A stretch of DNA of 12,393 bases from Candidatus Wolframiiraptor gerlachensis. Its GTDB lineage: Archaea; Thermoproteota; Nitrososphaeria_A; Caldarchaeales; Wolframiiraptoraceae. The notes below the pieces were generated by a model. The model was not told the DNA's origin. It was given only the letters and a program-made list of their open reading frames with translations, and made no database searches. The stretch lies in contig JAJPCT020000014.1 of NCBI GenBank assembly GCA_021323375.2, forward strand, positions 1 through 12,393. Direction: 5' to 3'. Below are positions 6,631-12,393 of this stretch, in pieces (position 1 is the first letter of the stretch; each line of letters opens with the position of its first letter). Both the position numbers and the translations under genes were made by a program.

Positions 6631-7800
6631 TTAGCAGAACTTTACCGTCCTGAATCTCCTGACTAGGGCGGCGACGTCACGCCTGACCCTTCGAGGCTCC
6701 TCGCCATCCAAGGCCCTCTTAACCAGCTTCGCGATCTTGGCCATCTCCCTCCTGCCCATCCCCCTCCTAGTCACCTCGGGGACGCCGAGCCTTAGATCAG
6801 CATCAGATATTATGCCGCATTCCTCGAGCTTATCCCTGAGCCTAATCCTCTCCTCGCGATCGGGGAAGTCGAGTATTGTTTGATGTGACTTTGTATAGCC
6901 GTGCTCTTTAGCCTTGACCGGAACGCCGAGCTCATCTAGACTCTTCGCAAGCTCATAGGCATTTTCCACGATCTTCGCCGCATATTTTCTCCCGCATCTC
7001 ATCATCTCCTCAAAGCAGACCGCAAGAGCCCCTATCTTGTTAAAGTGAATGTTATCAGCGATCTTGTGGAAGATGTTCACTGCTATCTTCCGGTAGACTT
7101 CCTCATTGTTCGTGAGTATTAGGCCGCCTTGAGGCCCTGGGAATGTTTTATGAGTGGAGGCGAAGAGTATGTCCGCGCCCTCTCTTAGTGGGTCTTGGAA
7201 GACCCCGCCCGCTATCAGGCCGAGAACATGAGATCCATCATATGCGAGGAGGCCGCCATACTCGTGGATCGCTTCAGCGATCTCCTTGACAGGGTGCGGG
7301 AAGAGCATGTAGCTTCCGCCCAAGACTACGAGATCTGGCTTCTCAGCCCTAATCAGCTCAACAGACTTCTCGGGATCCGGAATGAGGATCTCCTTAACCG
7401 CTGGGAGATAAACTACCTTCGCGGATATTAGGTCTGGGAGCTTGTCAGGAGCATTCCCCATATAGCCGCCGAACTCGGGCGCGAGAGCCGCCATCTTCCT
7501 ACCCTTGACGAGGGCTGCATATGTCAGGAGAGCGGCGATATGGCCTGAGAGAGGCTCCAAGAACACGTATTCCGCGCCGAAGAGCTTCTTGGCAAGCTCC
7601 TCAGCATACTCCCAGAGTTCATCAATATACCTAGTCCCCGCATAATATCTCGGCCGATAAGAGTATCTTCCAGCAAGATCCGTCGCGAGAGCTTTTAGGA
7701 CATTCGGGCTCTGAATATTCTCGCTCGGAATAAGGTTCAGCGTCATCGACCTATACCTCTCATGACTCCTAATTAGTTCCATGGCACGCGACCTACTCAT
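6631..7800 (-). CDS. glyA: Serine hydroxymethyltransferase-family PLP enzyme (divergent)
   Basis: LIPSEN, RYYAG, YDGSH, PLP-lysine motif STHKTFPGPQGG and LRLG. Several canonical folate-related motifs are altered (see findings), so the family is secure but the function is not. Confidence 0.85.
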   Translation of the reverse strand: MSRSRAMELIRSHERYRSMTLNLIPSENIQSPNVLKALATDLAGRYSYRPRYYAGTRYIDELWEYAEELAKKLFGAEYVFLEPLSGHIAALLTYAALVKGRKMAALAPEFGGYMGNAPDKLPDLISAKVVYLPAVKEILIPDPEKSVELIRAEKPDLVVLGGSYMLFPHPVKEIAEAIHEYGGLLAYDGSHVLGLIAGGVFQDPLREGADILFASTHKTFPGPQGGLILTNNEEVYRKIAVNIFHKIADNIHFNKIGALAVCFEEMMRCGRKYAAKIVENAYELAKSLDELGVPVKAKEHGYTKSHQTILDFPDREERIRLRDKLEECGIISDADLRLGVPEVTRRGMGRREMAKIAKLVKRALDGEEPRRVRRDVAALVRRFRTVKFC

Positions 7801-7893
7801 AGAAGCTTGATCGCATTAAAACCAGCTCATATTTGAATGTTTAAGCGCTATGCGCATGAACATTTATCACCCATTTAATCTCGAGAATGTTTA

Positions 7894-8511
7894 ATGCCCT
7901 ATGGATTCACCTTCGATCTAAGAGACCTTCCCAGAAGCATGTTCCAGGAGCTTCTGAGGCTGGCCTACGACCTGAAGCTCCATCGAAGGATGAGCCATGC
8001 CGCGAGATACTTGGTGAAGAAATTCAAGGTTCAGGAGATCACTGGTCTAAACATCTTGGAAGCGATATCACTTTTCGAGGACCTCCTCGAGATACAGGCG
8101 TTAAACATCCTAAACCAGGACAGGTTTACGGCATCATCCGGCAGGAAGGCTCTCCTCCTCCCCCATTGCGCGAGAAAGTATATGGATAGCCGGTGTAGGG
8201 CCGTATTCGACCCAAGCACCCCGACCTACAAGTGCATGGGCTGCTCGTCTGACTGCCTGATAAATCGGGCGACAGTAATCGCGAGGGAAAAAGGCTATGA
8301 TGTCTATGTGCTGCCGGGAGGCTCATGTATCTCGAGGATACTAGCCTCGGGAAGATATGACGCGGTCGTCGGGGTTGCATGCGGCGCGGAGCTAAAACTC
8401 GGCTACGAGATTCTAAGGAAGATGAATATCCCCGGGCAGGCGGTGCCGCTCCTGAAAAACGGCTGCGCAGAGACCTACTTCGACATAGAAGAGCTGGAGA
8501 GGCTTCTTTGA
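7894..8511 (+). CDS. DUF116 family Cys-rich protein
   Basis: Motifs LLLPHC, CMGCSSDC, YVLPGGS and VGVACGAEL match my recollection of DUF116. Divergent from the SHMT-like gene. Confidence 0.85.
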   Translation: MPYGFTFDLRDLPRSMFQELLRLAYDLKLHRRMSHAARYLVKKFKVQEITGLNILEAISLFEDLLEIQALNILNQDRFTASSGRKALLLPHCARKYMDSRCRAVFDPSTPTYKCMGCSSDCLINRATVIAREKGYDVYVLPGGSCISRILASGRYDAVVGVACGAELKLGYEILRKMNIPGQAVPLLKNGCAETYFDIEELERLL

Positions 8512-8562
8512 TGGATGGCTTGCGACCCGCGGGCGGGATGATTCTTAATTACGAGGCGCTAT

Positions 8563-9363
8563 ATGTTTCCAGTGATGGTTCTGGTCTCGCCCAGTATTTT
8601 AAAGGATAGGATCAGCGGCCACCCCCTGCTCGAGCAGGCTCTCAGGATGCTGGAGAGGAGCCGTGAGGTCCAGGCATATCTCTCGATGGCTAATGTGATG
8701 GCAGTTCAGAGGCTGCTCTATAATGATCATGGCCCGGTTCACTCTAGGATTGTAGCCGGCGTTGCTCTTGAGATGCTCGAGATACTGCTGGAGGATGGAT
8801 TTATGCCATCCGTCGTCAAGGATAATGTAGGGGATGAGGAGGATGCGCGCCTAGTTGTTATGATGGGCGCGTATCTTCATGATATAGGAAACGCTGTCCA
8901 TCGGAGCTATCATTATGTGTCGGGCGTGGCGTTGGCGGCGAGATTCCTCCCGAGAATTCTTCGGAAGCTGTATCAAGATCCCTTCAAGGCGCATAGAATC
9001 ACCACCGAGATACTCCATTGCATCTTATCACATGATGAGAATGTGATGGCTCTTAGTATGGAGGCTGGGATAACAAAGGTGGCTGATGGCGTTGATATGG
9101 CCGAGGGGAGGGCGAGGATGCCCTACAGGCAGGGCAAATATGATATACACGCCCTCTCAGCTCTCGCGATAAGGAGGGTTGAGGTAACACGGGGCGAGCC
9201 GAAGAAGACCCCCATAAGGATAATCGTCGACATGGATAACGAGGCTGGAATATTCCAAGTAGAGGAGGTCCTTGGAAAGAAGATCAAGACATCATCAATA
9301 GCCCACCTAGTCGAGGTTGAGGCCCTAAGGCGGGGTGAGCCATTCAGAGTTATGAGATTCTAG
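8563..9363 (+). CDS. HD-superfamily metal-dependent phosphohydrolase
   Basis: NDHGPVHS, LHDIGN, ILSHD and ADGVD give the H...HD...D pattern. The true start may be ATG 8575, with TTAATTA about 25-30 nt upstream. Confidence 0.9.
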   Translation: MFPVMVLVSPSILKDRISGHPLLEQALRMLERSREVQAYLSMANVMAVQRLLYNDHGPVHSRIVAGVALEMLEILLEDGFMPSVVKDNVGDEEDARLVVMMGAYLHDIGNAVHRSYHYVSGVALAARFLPRILRKLYQDPFKAHRITTEILHCILSHDENVMALSMEAGITKVADGVDMAEGRARMPYRQGKYDIHALSALAIRRVEVTRGEPKKTPIRIIVDMDNEAGIFQVEEVLGKKIKTSSIAHLVEVEALRRGEPFRVMRF

Positions 9364-9377
9364 GCTGAGATGGCGTC

Positions 9378-9986
9378 TTACCTGGATGCAAGCGCTATCC
9401 TCTCAAGCTCGTTCTTCTTCCTTATCGCGTAGCTGCTGGCATCATTCTGGGCAGCTGCTATTATCTCATCGGCTAGCGCCTCCTCCGGCGTCTTCCTACT
9501 CCTGAAGCTCGCCATTCTCACGGCCTCCCCCATCCACCTCAAGGCTAGATCAAGCCTCCTCTGAGGCGATATATCAACGGCCTTAAAGTAGACGATCCCG
9601 CCATAGCTCAGCCTCGTAACATCCTCCCTTGGGGCGGCATTCTCTATCGCCCTAACTAGGACCTGAACCGGATTCTCCCCAGTCCTCAAGTGGATTATCT
9701 CGAGGGCATTCCTGACGATCTTAAGGGCCTTCGACTTTTTGCCGCCATTCGGCCCAGGCCTCATAAGCATGTTCGCGAGCCTCTCGACAACGTTCACCTC
9801 CGCCTTGCCGAATCTCCTATGCTCATGCCTGCCGCCGCTATGGGGGACCAGCATGGGCTTCAGGCAGATATACCTCTTCAGCCCGGGATCTTTCACCTCA
9901 ACTTCATCTAGCCTCCACTTGCCGAAGAGGAGGAACTTCTCAGCGAGCTCAGGCGGATACGACGGCGCCTCCTGCTCCTCACTCAT
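9378..9986 (-). CDS. rps7: 30S ribosomal protein S7 (uS7), archaeal type
   Basis: [50 protein letters not shown] and [10 protein letters not shown]. Start placed at ATG 9986, preceded by SD GGTGA (9996-9992). Confidence 0.97.
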   Translation of the reverse strand: MSEEQEAPSYPPELAEKFLLFGKWRLDEVEVKDPGLKRYICLKPMLVPHSGGRHEHRRFGKAEVNVVERLANMLMRPGPNGGKKSKALKIVRNALEIIHLRTGENPVQVLVRAIENAAPREDVTRLSYGGIVYFKAVDISPQRRLDLALRWMGEAVRMASFRSRKTPEEALADEIIAAAQNDASSYAIRKKNELERIALASR

Positions 9987-10118
9987 GACCTTCACCACGC
10001 GCCCTATCCATCGCATCTTTTAAACCATTCGGCAAAGCAGAGAAGAGGGGGCTGACATGGGCTCGCGGTGGATCCCCCGCCGAGAATAATCGAGAATTTC
10101 TCCGCTACTCATATTACA

Positions 10119-10167
10119 TTTATATATGGGATGAACTCCTTTATACGCTAGCCATTGAGAAGAGGTG
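10119..10167 (+). promoter_or_regulatory. TATA box (TTTATATA 10119-10126) and Shine-Dalgarno (GAGGTG 10162-10167) for EF-1alpha
   Basis: Consensus archaeal TATA about 50 nt and SD 6 nt upstream of ATG 10174. Confidence 0.65.
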
Positions 10168-10173
10168 TTCTAG

Positions 10174-11478
10174 ATGTCGGCCAGCAAGAAGCCTCACCTA
10201 AACCTCGTAGTCGTAGGACATGTTGACCATGGAAAGTCCACCACCATGGGTCACTTCCTAGTAAAGCTCGGCATAGTCGATGAGAGGACGCTACAGCAGT
10301 ACGAAGAGGAGGCGAAGAGACTGGGCAAGGAGACATTCAAGTATGCATGGATCCTCGATAGAATCAAGGAGGAGAGGGAGCGAGGTCTAACGATAGACCT
10401 CGCCTTCCAGAGTTTCGAGACGAAGAAATACCACTTCACACTGATAGATGCTCCGGGTCATAGGGACTTCGTCAAGAATATGATCACGGGCGCCAGCCAA
10501 GCGGATTGCGCAATACTTGTTGTATCCGCCAAGAAGGGTGAGTATGAGGTCGCTATTGCGCCGGGAGGCCAGGCAAGGGAGCACGCATTCCTCCTCTCAA
10601 TCCTCGGAGTAAGGCAGCTGATAGTCCTAATCAATAAGATGGATGACTCAACAGTGAACTGGAGCAAGGAGAGATATGAGGAGGTTAAGCAGGGCGTGGC
10701 AGACCTTCTGAAGAGGCTTGGCTACGACGTCTCGAAGATACCATTCATACCTGTCTCGGGCTGGACCGGCGACAACCTGATCGAGAGAAGCAGCAACATG
10801 CCATGGTATGATGGGCCGACCCTCTATGAGGCTCTTGACATGTTCCAGGAACCGCCGAAGCCAATAGACAAGCCGCTGAGGATCCCAATCCAGGCCGTCT
10901 ACTCGATTAAGGGCGTTGGAACGGTTCCTGTTGGGAGGGTTGAGACTGGAGTTCTCAAGGTCGGCGATACTGTGGTGATAATGCCGCCTGGGATCAAGGC
11001 CGAGGTAAAGTCCATCGAGATGCATCATACTCCAATACAGCAGGCCATACCAGGAGACAATATTGGATTCGCCTTAAAGGGTGTTGAGAGATCTCAGCTT
11101 AAGCGAGGAATGGTCGTGAGCCACCCGGACAGCCCATGTAGCGTGGCGAAGGAGTTCATAGCCCAGGTAATCATAATCTATCATCCGACCGCGATAGCCG
11201 CGGGCTACACGCCAGTAATGCACATACACACGGCACAGACGGCGGTGAAGTTTGTCGAGCTGATACAGAAGATGGATCCAAGGACGGGCCAGATCTTGGA
11301 GAAGAATCCGCAGTTCCTCAAGACTGGAGATGTCGCACTCGTCAGGCTGAGGCCTCTCGAGCCCGTGGCCCTAGAGACCTACGCGGACTTCCCGGAGCTC
11401 GGTAGATTCGCGATAAGAGACATGGGAATGACGATCGCGGCCGGAATAGTCAAGGAGATAACCCAGAAAGGCCCATAA
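10174..11478 (+). CDS. tuf: Translation elongation factor EF-1alpha
   Basis: GHVDHGKST, ERERGLTID, DAPGHRDF, NKMD, GVGTVPVGRVETG and LGRFAIRDMG; 434 aa. Confidence 0.99.
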   Translation: MSASKKPHLNLVVVGHVDHGKSTTMGHFLVKLGIVDERTLQQYEEEAKRLGKETFKYAWILDRIKEERERGLTIDLAFQSFETKKYHFTLIDAPGHRDFVKNMITGASQADCAILVVSAKKGEYEVAIAPGGQAREHAFLLSILGVRQLIVLINKMDDSTVNWSKERYEEVKQGVADLLKRLGYDVSKIPFIPVSGWTGDNLIERSSNMPWYDGPTLYEALDMFQEPPKPIDKPLRIPIQAVYSIKGVGTVPVGRVETGVLKVGDTVVIMPPGIKAEVKSIEMHHTPIQQAIPGDNIGFALKGVERSQLKRGMVVSHPDSPCSVAKEFIAQVIIIYHPTAIAAGYTPVMHIHTAQTAVKFVELIQKMDPRTGQILEKNPQFLKTGDVALVRLRPLEPVALETYADFPELGRFAIRDMGMTIAAGIVKEITQKGP

Positions 11479-11487
11479 ACCAAATAC

Positions 11488-11510
11488 TTATTTCACATTA
11501 TTTTTCCCAT
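11488..11510 (+). terminator. Possible oligo-T archaeal terminator after EF-1alpha
   Basis: TTATTTCACATTATTTTTCCC shortly after the stop codon; could also contain the pyrH promoter. Confidence 0.35.
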
Positions 11511-11525
11511 ATTCTCTACGGGATC

Positions 11526-12215
11526 ATGCCCTCTAATCTCGTGATAAAGATAGGTGGGCATCTCATATCTCGGGCTGACAGCCTTGATCTCGATCTCATG
11601 AGGGCTTATTCCGAGATAATCTTGAGAAGGTTTACTGGTGGAAGATGGTGCGTGGTGGTTGGTGGAGGGGAGGAGGCTAGGAGATACGTATCGGCTGCGA
11701 GGAGCCTAGGATTCAGCGAGGCATTCTGCGATATGCTGGCGATAAAGGTGACTAGGATACATGCGATGATGTTCTCGGCGCTGATAGGCGAGAAGGCGTG
11801 TCGAGCGATCCCCGAGAGCCTTGAGCAACTGGTGGAATACTCTAGGGATGGTGTGATCGTGGTGGTGGGAGGCCTGCAGCCGGCGCAATCCACAACGGCG
11901 GTTGCGGCGCTCGCGGCCGAGGCCATCGGAGCGGAGAAACTCATCATAGCAACAGATGTTGAGGGTGTCTATACAGATGACCCGAAAAAGAACCCGGATG
12001 CGAAGCTACTCAGAGAGGTCACGTTATCAAGGCTTGAGGAGATTCTTCGAGGATCATCCCACGCCGCTGGCGAGTATAAGCTGATAGACCAGCTGGCTCT
12101 AAAGGTTCTTAGGAGGAGCGGGATAACCGCGCTGGTTATAGATGGTAGGAAGCCTGAGAACTTGGAGAAGGCTCTAGCCGGCGAGAGAGTTGGGACACTA
12201 ATAATTCCGGGATAA
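11526..12215 (+). CDS. pyrH: Uridylate (UMP) kinase, archaeal type
   Basis: VIKIGG, VVVGGG, GGLQPAQSTTAVAA, TDVEGVYTDDPKK and GTLI; amino-acid-kinase fold, 229 aa. Confidence 0.93.
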   Translation: MPSNLVIKIGGHLISRADSLDLDLMRAYSEIILRRFTGGRWCVVVGGGEEARRYVSAARSLGFSEAFCDMLAIKVTRIHAMMFSALIGEKACRAIPESLEQLVEYSRDGVIVVVGGLQPAQSTTAVAALAAEAIGAEKLIIATDVEGVYTDDPKKNPDAKLLREVTLSRLEEILRGSSHAAGEYKLIDQLALKVLRRSGITALVIDGRKPENLEKALAGERVGTLIIPG

Positions 12216-12255
12216 ATATAATGTATCTCACCCTGTAGGTAACAGGGATGACTAG

Positions 12256-12393
12256 ATGAATAAAGAGAAGTCCATTAATGAAGAGTTAACTAATATGAAG
12301 AACTTATTAAGTACCTATAGGAGTTTATGGCTTAAACAAACATATGATGAAGTTGTTAAGACCTCTGAAGTTGTGAATGGTATACTCTTTAAT
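12256..12393 (+). CDS. 3'-truncated AT-rich hypothetical ORF (MNKEKSINEELTNMKNLLSTYRSLWLKQTYDEVVKTSEVVNGILFN...)
   Basis: ATG at 12256 and 46 sense codons open to the window end despite low GC. Confidence 0.55.
   Translation, partial: MNKEKSINEELTNMKNLLSTYRSLWLKQTYDEVVKTSEVVNGILFN

Noticed and set aside
8526-8537. CCCGC-gg-GCGGG inverted repeat between DUF116 and the HD gene
   Set aside because: Only 5-bp arms in GC-rich DNA; not distinguishable from chance.
5572-11947. Remaining short alternative-frame and antisense ORFs overlapping ARH, SHMT-like, DUF116, rps7, EF-1alpha and pyrH
   Set aside because: They largely or fully overlap confidently identified genes and show no recognisable motifs.
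1-12393. CRISPR array, tRNA/rRNA genes, IS elements, C/D-box sRNAs
   Set aside because: No spaced repeats, cloverleaf, transposase ORF or paired RTGATGA/CTGA boxes found by eye in the intergenic regions.

Overview
Archaeal chromosomal window, probably from a thermophilic TACK-group lineage (inferred from archaeal EF-1alpha, uS7, UMP kinase, Mre11/Rad50, AGG/ATA-rich codons and TATA-type promoters). The GC-rich core has a minus-strand run: SHMT-like PLP enzyme > HEXXH protein > frameshifted ADP-ribosylglycohydrolase > mre11 > rad50. It then has DUF116 and an HD phosphohydrolase (+), rps7 (-) divergent from EF-1alpha (+), and pyrH (+). Both edges are AT-rich. The left edge carries a 5'-truncated HTH protein gene, a convergent 45-aa hydrophobic peptide ORF missing from the ORF track, and a membrane-anchored secreted protein gene. 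The right edge carries the start of an unknown ORF. The most notable observations are the SHMT homologue lacking folate-related motifs, the protease/ADP-ribosylhydrolase/Mre11-Rad50 cluster without herA/nurA, the HTH-peptide pair, the broken str cluster and an intergenic 55-nt hairpin.
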